DNA of 64,000 nt from a virus (lineage: Duplodnaviria > Caudoviricetes): positions 1 to 64,000 of IMG/VR virus record IMGVR_UViG_3300033067_000113. One strand, 5' to 3'. The translations under genes were made by a program, and so were the position numbers. The notes under the pieces are model-generated. The model worked only from the letters and a program-made list of their open reading frames with translations. It made no database searches and was not told the origin of the DNA. Below are positions 30,501 through 37,561 of this stretch, piece by piece; within the stretch, counting starts at the first letter, position 1; the number at the start of each line of letters is the position of its first letter.

Positions 30501-32313
30501 TGTTATTAATGTTCTTGTGACTTAATGCAAATCCTAAATTAGAATCTACAGTACCAGTACCTACTTTATATGAGAATAAAGTTGTACCTTTAAACGAAGA
30601 ACCATCATATACTGATGTATCGCCTAGACTGTAACCTGCATTATCAACTACATCAAATAATGGAGTTTGATTGCGGCCAGTTTTCTGTTGTGTGACTTTC
30701 CAAGTTGCGCCATCATACCAGTACATCAGACCTTGATTCTTAGTACCTTGCTTAACTAGTACAACATCGTTTTCAATCGGATCGTCTTGTGCAATTAGTT
30801 GTACTTGGCGACTTGATATTCCGTTCTGTGTAGTATGCAGTACATCGATAAAGTTTACTAGATAAATTTTATTCTTAACTAGAATATCAGTGTCAGCAGT
30901 AAACAATACACGCATGCCTTGGGCTAGTGTGACTCCGTCAACATTATAACCTAAGCTGCCTTCAATTGTTGAAAACACATCAGTAGTATAAGTGTCAATT
31001 AAATCAACATCAGGTACAGCTTTAAGGCCAAAGTTAAACAACTTTAGGTGTGCATCAAATTCAATAATTGGACGGACAGCTCGTGCTGACTGGTCAACAC
31101 TGGCAATCTTTCCATTAAATGTTGCGCTGGCTTCAATAACATCCTTGTGGAACCAACGGTTGTAACGGCTCCATGGGTTATGGTCACGGCTGGCGCGGTT
31201 AATTACTACATAATCTGGGTTCTTAGCAAACGATGTTGCATCACTGAACGGCATGTTGTCGAATGGCGTATCATCAAACAGAACTGATTCAGTTACAGTA
31301 TATGCACTTACTAATTCTAAGATAGATTCGTTAACTAAAGTGATAGCATCGCCGACACCTTCAACATAATATTGTCCAGTGGCATACTCAGCAGGTTCTA
31401 CATTTCCGTAGAAAGATACTTTCATACCGTTGCTTAATGCAGTACCGTTTTCTAATGTGTAATTCTTCTTGCCGATAATTTCTGATTGAACATTGATGTA
31501 AGTGTTTTCATCAATTGATACTACTTGGAATACTCCGCCTAAGTCTAGATCATTCTCGCTTAGGAAGTATAGTACATCAGGAGAATCGTAAGGAACTTCA
31601 AATGTTAATACACCTAATTCAATTGCATTGTTTGTAATGCCTTTTGAATATCTTTCTCCGTCGCCTGCTACTCTAGCAGTCTTAATACTAAACGGATTTC
31701 CTGGACTAGTTACAGAAAACTTGTAAGTTTGTCCCTTGTATAATTTAACTGTAGGGTTTCTTGTTAATCCGTCAGGAGTAAACACAAAGCTGTTGCGGTT
31801 ACCCTCAGCTTCAACTGTAACAGTAAACTCGCTAACTACTGCAAGGCGCTGTCCTTTAATTCTAATAATATCTGGGCCGTATGGTAACCAGTAGTATTGT
31901 TGAAAGTTTACAAACTTGTCCCAATTGATGTGCGGATCCCATGAGTAAAACTCTTGGCTGTTAATCTTAGCATGGTGGTTGGTGTTTGAACCAAATACTG
32001 ATAATTGGTTGATGTAATCTTGATAGTCTTTAAAGAAACTAGTATTGCCAATTGTATCTTTAACTGTGATACTAGGTTCTAACTGGTATTGCTGTCTAAC
32101 TGCATTAGCCGCGGCAACGAATACATCGTCACCAGTTGTTGCTTTACTATTTTGTCTACCGATAAAACCATTGACTTTATCAACTGTACCAGTTTGGATT
32201 AACTGGTCTACTGTTGCTTGTAGAAATTTCTTATTGGCATCCGAGCGATAAAACCTTGGTAGGAATTCTGATGTCTTGCTATTGGTGGCGCTTGGATTAA
32301 TCTTATCAGCCAT
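18517..32313 (-). CDS. giant (4598 aa) baseplate-associated structural protein
   Basis: One uninterrupted 13.8-kb ORF directly after the gp6-like gene, with FG-GAP-like repeats, GxGYxxxPxVxI modules and repeated FD-rich motifs. Confidence 0.75.
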   Translation of the reverse strand: MADKINPSATNSKTSEFLPRFYRSDANKKFLQATVDQLIQTGTVDKVNGFIGRQNSKATTGDDVFVAAANAVRQQYQLEPSITVKDTIGNTSFFKDYQDYINQLSVFGSNTNHHAKINSQEFYSWDPHINWDKFVNFQQYYWLPYGPDIIRIKGQRLAVVSEFTVTVEAEGNRNSFVFTPDGLTRNPTVKLYKGQTYKFSVTSPGNPFSIKTARVAGDGERYSKGITNNAIELGVLTFEVPYDSPDVLYFLSENDLDLGGVFQVVSIDENTYINVQSEIIGKKNYTLENGTALSNGMKVSFYGNVEPAEYATGQYYVEGVGDAITLVNESILELVSAYTVTESVLFDDTPFDNMPFSDATSFAKNPDYVVINRASRDHNPWSRYNRWFHKDVIEASATFNGKIASVDQSARAVRPIIEFDAHLKLFNFGLKAVPDVDLIDTYTTDVFSTIEGSLGYNVDGVTLAQGMRVLFTADTDILVKNKIYLVNFIDVLHTTQNGISSRQVQLIAQDDPIENDVVLVKQGTKNQGLMYWYDGATWKVTQQKTGRNQTPLFDVVDNAGYSLGDTSVYDGSSFKGTTLFSYKVGTGTVDSNLGFALSHKNINNIGDIVFNFALATDTFEYKDVAEIVTKKIAAGHLVKSTESAAVAYVNGWQISSAKNTQAAIRIYKNSGKVNNFEIDIFDDVNNLLDLEVRIYVNGIRLDKSLWTLTTCPDYKKVVLTTDIATTDVLTIRAFTAQPVNSTGYYEIPINLQNNPLNETISEFTLGEVIDHVNSIVDNTVAFEGSYPGVNNLRDLGNVTQFGTKFVQHSGPASLSMYHITSDNNNVIRAVEQSQADYNKFKRSFITIAESLGVDIATVEHVNLVLAEINKDKPTTAPYYFSDMAGYTAKVANSFTVIDYRNKKYPLSENFDLTKLSNKAVYVYLNSTQLLYGTEYTFDGLGFVEILATLQNGDVITVYEYDNTDGCFIPATPTKLGIWPKFEPKIYTDTSLITPRVMIQCHDGSQVLAYGDFRDDLILELEKRIYNNIKVQYDTSIFNIYDFLPGYIRETQYSLAEFNEVLSPQFYKWTSLIDRDFSKPLSYDRNNSMTYNYRGHAAPDGRETPGYWRGIYRWMLDTDRPNICPWEMLGFFEEPTWWTSVYGPAPYTRDNLILWEDMAAGIVREPGKPAFIKAGFERPFLVGCIPVDESGNLISPLLSNMSTGVITPSAAGDFVFGDVSPIEATWRRSSHYPFAVILTMMLLNPSKIFGLLLDRSRIVRDLTGQLVYKDTGLRITPSDVVFPSIYSSKTRVQTSGIINYIADYIVSDNLKSFDSYVYDMDNLASQISYRVGGFTSKEKFNLLLDSKSPTASAGVFIPQEDYSIILNSSSPIKKITYSGVIITKLEDGFEVKGYSKTQPFFKYYPYTQDGRVVNIGGISESFSQWTQGEQYAAGKIVAYNNRYYRVKVLHVATTFDISKYQTLPSLPIIGGRDAYFRTKWNRDEAITVPYSTKFRTVQEVVDFLLGYGEWLKDEGFVFDEFNLNLGAVANWETSAKEFMFWTTQNWSTGSDKWKDWLPETETKFGEIVRYNGDYFRAIRTSPPSPFLIEDDFVKLDGLNTVGSSVISLSPSALKVTFNAPISVVDDIRNPFNGYEIFKADGTPITPNFLNSYRDDNKVSYTPQGEDGIYGATFYLVQKEQVVLLNNSTMFNDTIYNPASGYKQDRIKIAGYVTTDWKGAFDAPGFIFDQATIEDWEAWKDYSLGDIVKYKEFYYTANAFTPGTSAFEATSWYRLEQKPTAQLLPNWTYKAAQFTDFYDLDSDNFDAGQQKMAQHLIGYQKRQYLSNIIKDDVSEFKFYQGMIIEKGTQNSLNKLFDVLSAEGTDSIDFYEEWALRVGQYGANASFENIEFVLDEAEFKNNPQAFELVNTIDKTKVDFVYRQTPTDVYLKPLGYNNNPWPLVADYKAFLRTPGYVRPDEVKLIVSNIDDILTASNAGFVVGNYIWAGTDGPSWNVYRYTPTFIDVLDVTYDSGAKELTISSTKLIDLEVGSYIAISNVEKFSGFYKIKSKTLNKFTVDATVAGWTPFTEQLSILIYALTTQRISSIDLANEVIPSDILENELLWTDNSGNGTWATWKYNAVFTSTVLRNTNPAESLGYGRSINLNAAANIIGISTNKGEIVVYDKTPGQNAPWIQRQTIVQPFIAKSNSFGINPNSDLSAISEVVVASEDGRWLAVGSPRVGYACVTTISSTVLNQVDVNGTNLTLASHGVVSLYEKDKNNIYSLVTTFLSPTPVAGEQFGSSLAFGNDTLFVGAAGYASDTGIVYQVNYRDTISATPYYNPVGSTSNTLIVSSTAGITPGMYVRGTGFDGTQIVGLVVNSTKLVLNKAPSSTPDGILEFYSTGWKYADNTIESPVGPNQNFGELISISLATNRLLISAPGTTTPGNVFVYDLANDSYNLLQTITGTDTYFGQSTAISSSGKYIAISSILADDKKLNEGVVKVYELVAGEYVEYQTIKSTRPETSGHFGTKIAFLNDFETLVVYSKNADSTSEVTFDANTTFFDERVTEFKQTKVDNGTVDIFDRYDTKWIYSETLVNPSSAGDGYGSGFATAGNYIVVGAPYALDQTFVSGKVYEYRKPTNARSWNIIHREISKPDLTKVKKAFLYNRVTNKIVTYLDVVDPVQGKIPGIAEQEIKYKTFYDPAIYSVGDDTVNVDDGMAWAKSKVGMLWWDLRTAKFIDAYDNELTYRNSNWNTLFPGASIDVYEWVETTLTPAQWDEQADTEEGLTKGISGTSLYGSTSYSVKRRYDNISKTYKSTYYFWAKNKKTVPAINSRVKSAQDIADLISNPRGEGYKFLALTGSNTFSLVNAQPLLEDKDVVLSVEYWINDATNQNIHSEWKLLSNNPSSLIPATIENKWFDSLCGKDSQGRLVPDPALAPKLRYGVENRPRQGMFVNRFEALKQFVERANFTLLDTHIVNSRSLANLSSYDAEPNIASGYYDTVVDTDAELRFASVGSFVRPALTPVVVNGKIASVTIVAKGNGYLVAPEITVVGSGSGAVLKAIINAKGQITGVTIVSGGKGYADSTVLAVRDYCVLVRSDSGTNGTWSIHSYDATTLTWSRIKSQSYDTRRYWTYADWYATGYSQFTAINYSVDTFVELNNIAASIGNVVKVRTTNAGGWILLEKYADVDSIDWTQQYKVVGSQDGTIQLSKTIYTFTNTTYGFDGSLYDGSMFDNGASQELRIILTALRDDILIDDLRSEYLNLFFTSVRYVLSEQNFVDWVFKTSFVKAQHNTGSLRQLVNYNNDNLENYEEYINEVKPYRTKVREYVSGYSTLDNSALSMTDFDLMPVYQNKTTLPIATSIFEGAVVSDNDAINSYPWKHWKDNLGFTVTDLILVDGGSGYANAPVVKFVSDTGTGATGRAFISNGRVNRIVLLTPGSGYLSTPQVVIEGGLGSEGGVDARAVAYIGESVIRSNYIKMKFDRITQTYFITQLEETETFTGTGSRLQWPLKWAPDTRYGKSSVTVNGVEVLKDNYKLSTVKSTSRGYTSYSGSIQFTAPVAKDAPISITYIKDWSVLSAADRIQYYYNPASGELGKDLSQLMTGVDYGGVIVSGLDFGVSAGWGTLPYYSDKWDSFDPTFDDYIVTVSADDHVFELPYVPAAGTEINAYHVKYNTDEHLSDGVETTYTYNILDVKPVVTVVITIDAGTNTSGVSTITIDDTTGLKAGDVITATRTGVFGYDTTILSVVNGTQIKLSQILFDDLVAGESLIFTRTLIEPTDVTIYGNGTLVLVEPAPAGSTVKISSLLRPVRIDGVDNVMDTYIADGINSTITVPSEFTVGATDQFIFRKSTSDGSIKPQEADYDTALSGGDLAYSSATGLSADDIILDGDGFVTPTSSPATEEVVPGQVVDAVAIKVFDRPNSGSAQLKVDTYVANGTDAEFALTQQPNSKQAVIVKVGDTIMYETDDYTVDYQRKVVVFNAVPDAGKVVSLLSFGFAGANILDLDYFIANGLTSEFITKAPWVTALNGLVYVNGEQTDVEFFKTDDTYDSANRVGIRFPITPLANSVINFVIVSGADQSYSVTKTERFEVTESLEYNLQNSYGDSLPIEANMIVKVGQVVLDGPNNTYFTIKSNRLTYEIDPKRFVPYSVEITDLVVIAGSTLLVSGVDYIPNLGGISIKINKKVYAQHSGQQLIISIRSNSGYLFVPATSLASAKIVLADSYTVGSTLEVTSFYKHDILDIQRGGFTVKSDIALVPDTLEYYDYTGLTGGRIKLDRAVINDYYVMVTKNGELLVPGVDFKLLTDLSTIKLAINPVYDDRISIVTFGSNVLSAGIAYMQFKDMLNRVHFKRLSLNKQTELVRALRYNDLTIEVVDSSNFDIPNPAKNKPGVVEIRGERIEYFAINGNILSQLRRGTLGTGTPTVHPVGSKVQDIGPSETVPYVETSMIENVISTGTDTINLTSVTVALDNTWTYKGTTLSSAAAALLSQDAVEVFAGGTRLKKNPYVLYSVTQAPESPEGDVEFAAEFAVSTTENAINLTEVAPFGTRVTIVKRQGSSWDSTVNIQEDDTKIAKFLKDTPGIWYSEFKSIEYRENATFDGDNTSMDNATLTFDRG

Positions 32314-35300
32314 TAGTTGCTCCGTATGTAGAACTTGTTATATTTTGTTGCGATGTTGTTGTTGAAACTAAAGAAGTGTTACTTACAGATTTAATTGCAC
32401 TTGCAGTAATCCCTGAAATAATTTCAATGTCGTCGACTGTTGCGCCGTTTACAAATAATTGATCGTTGCTAGATTTAATTTCTAGTAAGCTACCAAAATT
32501 TAAACCTGTTTGTCTTGGGACAATTACAAAGTTTGTAATATCTGGTGCTAGTTGAGTCATTACATAAGTTGATAACTCTGTAAAGTAGAAAGTGTCACCG
32601 AAGTCCCAATTTTCTAATGCAAAGAATTCGTTAATAGCGGCAATTGCTCTTGCCTTAATGTCGTTGTCAGACACTACTTGATTAGTATTCTTTGTAATTT
32701 TAAAACTTGCTTGAACTTCTGAGGTTGCAGTTTGGCCAAATAACACTTTGTAACTCGCTGGGTGGTATACTACTTCATCGCTGATCGACTTGATCAAGTT
32801 TAATGAAGGAGCAATAGTATTATATAGCTCATCTGAACTTGGCGGTAAAGGCATAACGGTTCTCGAACCTGCTAACCATTGTCTAAACTGCGTGTCGTAT
32901 CCCTTAGTAAGAACAAAGATATCCATGATGTTACTAGCGCCTGGATCAATTCTTGATTCATAATCTGCGCTATGTGTATATTGGAACTTTAATCCGCTAC
33001 GGCCAATGAATGCTTTATAATCTAAAGTAGTAACTAGATTGTAACCTGTTGAAAGTACTTTTACTACATCAGTATCAACAAAGTAAAAATACTGACCAAT
33101 GTCATAGCTACTTAATGTAGTTTTAATTTCAACTTCAGTTGCTTTAATTTCTACAGTTCTGTATCCGTTGTTTAACGAATTGTTAGAGATAGAGTTATCA
33201 AAGTATTTGTAATCTTCTTGGCCTTGGCTAATAAAGTATCGCTGTTGAATAATATACTTCTCAGCTAACTCAATAGAGGTACTATCTGGGGCAACAACAT
33301 TGACAAACAACTCAGGATCGTCTACAACGCCGTCGGCATCAGTATCAGCAAATGATACAATTAACTTTTTGTTATCAACATACCCATCTAGACCATGGAA
33401 TTCACTAATAATATCCCACTTAAGATCAGTAGTAAACGGGCTAGTACTACCTGGCTTATTGTTAACACTTAAAATTTGAACAGTATCTGAAATTACTGAG
33501 TTAGTCTTGCTATCATATATCTTGTTTGACTTATCAAAGAAGAATCTAATCTGATTGTCGCTTTCAAATATGTAACGAAGCTCGCGGCTTGATACTGTAT
33601 AGAACTGATTGTCAGTTGTAAACAGTAACAACCAACTAGAGTCTTGTTGTTGATTGCTAACATCGCCTTGCTTACCTAAGCTAAATGCTGATGAAGAATC
33701 TAAGTTTGATTCAAAAACAACTTGCCATGTTTGTGATGTAGAGTCGTAGCGTAGACCAAATGGCTTGTTAGCAAAAATTAAGTCTACCATCATAGACACT
33801 GTTGAAGTGTCAATTACTGTTCTCCACTTAGGAACAATTTGTGCAATAACTGCACTTGAAGGAATTGTTTCGTTTAGTGTAATTGTACCGTAACCAGTAG
33901 CTAGTACACCAGTGCCAGCATTAGTACCGTCGCCTGCAACTGATACTACTTCAGCCCATAGTGATGAAGTAGATCCTTTAGCTGTTGGACTACCGAATAC
34001 TAACTTATTTGATTTAGTTGTATCAAAATAGTAACCAGTAGGAGCATTAAATTTTACTAGCGCACCAGGTTTAAAGTATTTTAGATCAGTAGCTGTGTAG
34101 CTACCAACTTTGTAAATTGTTGCATCGACTGCATCGCCTACATAACCTGTAGACGAGTCAATGTCCGATGTCTTGTTATACCAAGAGATGTTTAAACTTT
34201 CAGAAACATAAACAACATACTTAGAATAATAGTAATTCTTTAAGTTACTATTTTCTAAAATGTCATAGATGCTGTTGTAGATAACACCTTCAATATCAGT
34301 TTTGTTTGCATAACTGAATCTAGTTTCAGCAAGGTACTCTTCTCTATAGATAATACCGTCATCTGCAAACAAGTTAGTTGAACTATACTTGCCTGTTGGA
34401 TCAATAAGATCAAAGTAGCGACTAATACCTGCGCTTGATCTGTTAATTGCTTTTACTTTTGAAATTGTTTGACTAACACCGAGCGGACTAATGTTATAGT
34501 CTTCGCCTGTAATCATTCTGTTCTGTGTATAGTAAGTCGCAGGAGCGTTTGCTTTGATACTGTCGTTTGTTTCTGATGCGGCTGCATTCGATACACTAGT
34601 TGCTAAACTTAGAGTCAATGTTAATGTTTCTAATTGGCCAAGTTGAGAAATATAAGGAATACTTATTGCAACGCTACGGATATCTTGACTATTAATAGTA
34701 TATTCTAAACCGTTACTAATTCTGTAGTAAGCACGGAATGTACCTAATGGCATATTACCAAAGGTGCCGTCGCTGAATACTAGACTAACTGCATCGCTAG
34801 CTCTAGTAACTACACCAAATATGTTTCTAATGTTCTTGTTAAGGCTGTTGTAAATTACATTGTTGCCTTCGAAGCTAGGAACTTTAGTCCACTCTTCGTA
34901 TTCTACACCAGCTTGGTCAAGTTTATATAACCATACATCACTGTTGTTAATATTGCTAGCATCAATATCAATTGATTCGTTTGAGCTAGGTTGTGTGATT
35001 GAAAAAGTTCCAGTGTTTAAACTACCTTGCACAAAGTTCAAGAAGAATCCTGTGGCAGCACTGGCAGCACCTTGTCCGTCATCACGGTATAAGAATGCTA
35101 GTTTGTTTCCAACTTTAGGAGTTTCTTCATAGATAAAATCTTCACCCTTGAATGTTGTACTAGTAATTTCAAAATTCATGTTTCTACCATCAACAGTTTT
35201 GTTAAAAGCAAAAACAGGAACATCTGTATTGGCAGCTTCAAAGCGATATTGCTCTGTCGGAATGCCATATAGTGTCTTTTTGTCTGCTGGATTGCCAAAC

Positions 35301-35806
35301 TGCTGAGTAGTTGGCATAGAAGCATTAATAACTTTAATGAACTGATCGTACCAGTTGCTGTTACTAGCATCATTCCAGCTAATAACTTGATTAGCTAGGT
35401 TACGACCGTTAGAGTCGATAACATTTTGTGTAGTTTGTATAGTACTAAACTTCAATAATCCTTGGGCTGCAAGGGTACGCTTAGAATTATAGCTCAACAT
35501 ACGAGCTAAACGCAATACGCTATCACGGCGCTCTGCTAGCTCTAGGAAGTTTTCGCGGGCATTTAGGTCAACGCGGAAAGCTATGCTTTGGCCCAAGAAC
35601 GCAATAAGGTCAATTAGGGCAAGGTATTCGCTAGACTCAATGTAATCGTTAAAATCTTCAGGATAATTTTGACGAATATAGTCAATCATAGTACGGCGTA
35701 AGTTCTCAAAGTCATAACTTTGGAAATCCGCATTACGGAAGGTTTGATATACTCTCTTCCAATCTTCTGCTACTAGCAGTCTATTTTGTCTATCTGTTGA
35801 ACTCAT
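32306..35806 (-). CDS. baseplate wedge subunit, T4 gp6-like
   Basis: DFQSYDFENLR..NDYIESSEYLALIDLIA..ENFLELAERRDSVLRLARMLSY and ETNDSIKANAP..QNRMITGEDY are gp6/baseplate-J motifs. Confidence 0.85.
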   Translation of the reverse strand: MSSTDRQNRLLVAEDWKRVYQTFRNADFQSYDFENLRRTMIDYIRQNYPEDFNDYIESSEYLALIDLIAFLGQSIAFRVDLNARENFLELAERRDSVLRLARMLSYNSKRTLAAQGLLKFSTIQTTQNVIDSNGRNLANQVISWNDASNSNWYDQFIKVINASMPTTQQFGNPADKKTLYGIPTEQYRFEAANTDVPVFAFNKTVDGRNMNFEITSTTFKGEDFIYEETPKVGNKLAFLYRDDGQGAASAATGFFLNFVQGSLNTGTFSITQPSSNESIDIDASNINNSDVWLYKLDQAGVEYEEWTKVPSFEGNNVIYNSLNKNIRNIFGVVTRASDAVSLVFSDGTFGNMPLGTFRAYYRISNGLEYTINSQDIRSVAISIPYISQLGQLETLTLTLSLATSVSNAAASETNDSIKANAPATYYTQNRMITGEDYNISPLGVSQTISKVKAINRSSAGISRYFDLIDPTGKYSSTNLFADDGIIYREEYLAETRFSYANKTDIEGVIYNSIYDILENSNLKNYYYSKYVVYVSESLNISWYNKTSDIDSSTGYVGDAVDATIYKVGSYTATDLKYFKPGALVKFNAPTGYYFDTTKSNKLVFGSPTAKGSTSSLWAEVVSVAGDGTNAGTGVLATGYGTITLNETIPSSAVIAQIVPKWRTVIDTSTVSMMVDLIFANKPFGLRYDSTSQTWQVVFESNLDSSSAFSLGKQGDVSNQQQDSSWLLLFTTDNQFYTVSSRELRYIFESDNQIRFFFDKSNKIYDSKTNSVISDTVQILSVNNKPGSTSPFTTDLKWDIISEFHGLDGYVDNKKLIVSFADTDADGVVDDPELFVNVVAPDSTSIELAEKYIIQQRYFISQGQEDYKYFDNSISNNSLNNGYRTVEIKATEVEIKTTLSSYDIGQYFYFVDTDVVKVLSTGYNLVTTLDYKAFIGRSGLKFQYTHSADYESRIDPGASNIMDIFVLTKGYDTQFRQWLAGSRTVMPLPPSSDELYNTIAPSLNLIKSISDEVVYHPASYKVLFGQTATSEVQASFKITKNTNQVVSDNDIKARAIAAINEFFALENWDFGDTFYFTELSTYVMTQLAPDITNFVIVPRQTGLNFGSLLEIKSSNDQLFVNGATVDDIEIISGITASAIKSVSNTSLVSTTTSQQNITSSTYGATNG

Positions 35807-35824
35807 GATTTATCCTGTATTCAG

Positions 35825-35830
35825 TATTTA
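35825..35830 (-). promoter_or_regulatory. putative late promoter TAAATA
   Basis: Intergenic, 19 nt upstream of the gp6-like ATG. Confidence 0.65.
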
Positions 35831-35852
35831 TCGAATAAAATTATGTGTGTGT

Positions 35853-36290
35853 TTATTGAGCTAATAAGCCGTTAGCCTGGTCAAAACGCAGTTGTAGACT
35901 CTGGCTAATGTTGTGTGGTAAGAAGGTCAACATACATTCTATTTGTATACCATTGTCATAGCTAGTTACAATAACATTATCTGCTCTAATACGAGGATCG
36001 TAGTTAACAATCTGATTTACATTAGTTGTAATCAAGTCTTTTAGATCTTCAGTTAAAGGCTCAAACAGCAAGTCCCATATGATTGTGCCAAACTCTGGAT
36101 TCATTAATCGTTCGCCCTGGCGTACATGGAAGTGATTTAGCAAGTCTTGCTTAACTAATTCAATATCAAACAAACTAAAATTTTCAGTAGTTGTATTGAT
36201 CGTACTGAAGCCTTTGTACATCTTAGGAGCAATTAAATCTTGCTTGCCTTGTCCCTTTAGTGTTACTTTGTTATATAAATTTGAGCTCAT
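35853..36290 (-). CDS. baseplate wedge subunit, T4 gp25-like (GPW/gp25)
   Basis: YKGFS..DIELVKQDLLNHF..GERLMNPEFG..DLLFEP..YDPR. Confidence 0.9.
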   Translation of the reverse strand: MSSNLYNKVTLKGQGKQDLIAPKMYKGFSTINTTTENFSLFDIELVKQDLLNHFHVRQGERLMNPEFGTIIWDLLFEPLTEDLKDLITTNVNQIVNYDPRIRADNVIVTSYDNGIQIECMLTFLPHNISQSLQLRFDQANGLLAQ

Positions 36291-37561
36291 TTCTGATCAG
36301 TTCCTTTAATTTTACTGAAAGTATCAGTAGTAGTTGAGTACTTTAGTGGTTGGCCGTGTAGGTTTTCATGTCCCGCCCACGGTTCAGCATCAGGAACTCT
36401 AGGTGCTACCGGAGCACTTGCACTTCCTGAGTTTAAATTAATAATGCCGCCATCAATATCAGTACCAGCATTTTGTACTTGTAGCTTGCCGCCCGAGTTG
36501 ATGTTAACAGATCCGCCGGATGTTAGATTAATATCTTTATCAGCAGTAACATTAAAGTTACCTTTAGTGTGCATACTGATGTCGTCGCCTGCATAGATAT
36601 CAATCTTTCCGTTGCTAGTCATTTCAATCCAGGTAGTTCCCCTAGCATTGCCAATATAAATCAAATCTTCGCTGTTGTGCAAAAGTATCTGATGTCCTGT
36701 TCTAGTTCTAATACGGAATAATTCATTATGAGGTATAGTATTGTTAGCGCCGGATGGACCATCTTGCTCTACACTAACATACTCCGGTGGGCCATCTTTG
36801 GCATGTGTCTTACGCAAGAAGTTTGCATCACCATCATCCATGACAAAAGTTGTGCCACCTAATCGGCTTACCGGCGCATTTGGAATCTTATGCTCTTTCT
36901 TGCCAACTGGGCCACGCTTGGCATTAGCTCGTTTATCAATAGGCCCAGGAGTACTAATACCGAACACACTACTAGGAGCTTCTCTACGAGCGCTACTAGT
37001 TGTAATACCTCGAATATCGTCGTCTAATAATCCTTGTGCTTGCAAAACATCTGCCAACGGATGGCGAGGTTTCTTAACTTGTGTTGGATCGACAGGAGTT
37101 GCGTTAACTGCTTTATTATATTCAGCAACCGGAACTCGCTTGCCGCCAGAACCGTCTACTACCGCAGAAGTTGCCGCAAGACCAGGAACCATAAAGTTCA
37201 TAGAGTCGTCTGGAATACATCCCATCCAGTAACCTCTCTTAGGATCACCGTCAATAAAGATAACAACAACTGTTGTGCCAACATCGGGAGGTACAAACCA
37301 CATGCCGTAAGACTTCTGTGTGTTGTTGTAGTCGTTAGGATCATCGCCAACATAGTCAACACTTGTTTGTCCCCAGAAAGGACTCATCATTTTTACTTGA
37401 TGTAGCTCGCCTTCCGATGCTTGGCCGCCTACTGGTCTTAGAATTTCAACTTCTAATACTCCCATGTAGGTAGGATCAAGATGGCTTACAACTTTTGCAA
37501 GGAACGGGCCGGGGCGTGGATCTGGTTGATCAACTGGTGCGTAGTTACTAGTATCTGTCAT
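36287..37561 (-). CDS. baseplate central spike, T4 gp5/VgrG-like (no lysozyme domain evident)
   Basis: N-terminal OB fold (AKVVSHLDP..YGMWFVPPDVGTTVVVIF..G) and C-terminal beta-helix repeats (RTRTGHQILLHN..IEMTSNGKIDIYA). Confidence 0.75.
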   Translation of the reverse strand: MTDTSNYAPVDQPDPRPGPFLAKVVSHLDPTYMGVLEVEILRPVGGQASEGELHQVKMMSPFWGQTSVDYVGDDPNDYNNTQKSYGMWFVPPDVGTTVVVIFIDGDPKRGYWMGCIPDDSMNFMVPGLAATSAVVDGSGGKRVPVAEYNKAVNATPVDPTQVKKPRHPLADVLQAQGLLDDDIRGITTSSARREAPSSVFGISTPGPIDKRANAKRGPVGKKEHKIPNAPVSRLGGTTFVMDDGDANFLRKTHAKDGPPEYVSVEQDGPSGANNTIPHNELFRIRTRTGHQILLHNSEDLIYIGNARGTTWIEMTSNGKIDIYAGDDISMHTKGNFNVTADKDINLTSGGSVNINSGGKLQVQNAGTDIDGGIINLNSGSASAPVAPRVPDAEPWAGHENLHGQPLKYSTTTDTFSKIKGTDQK

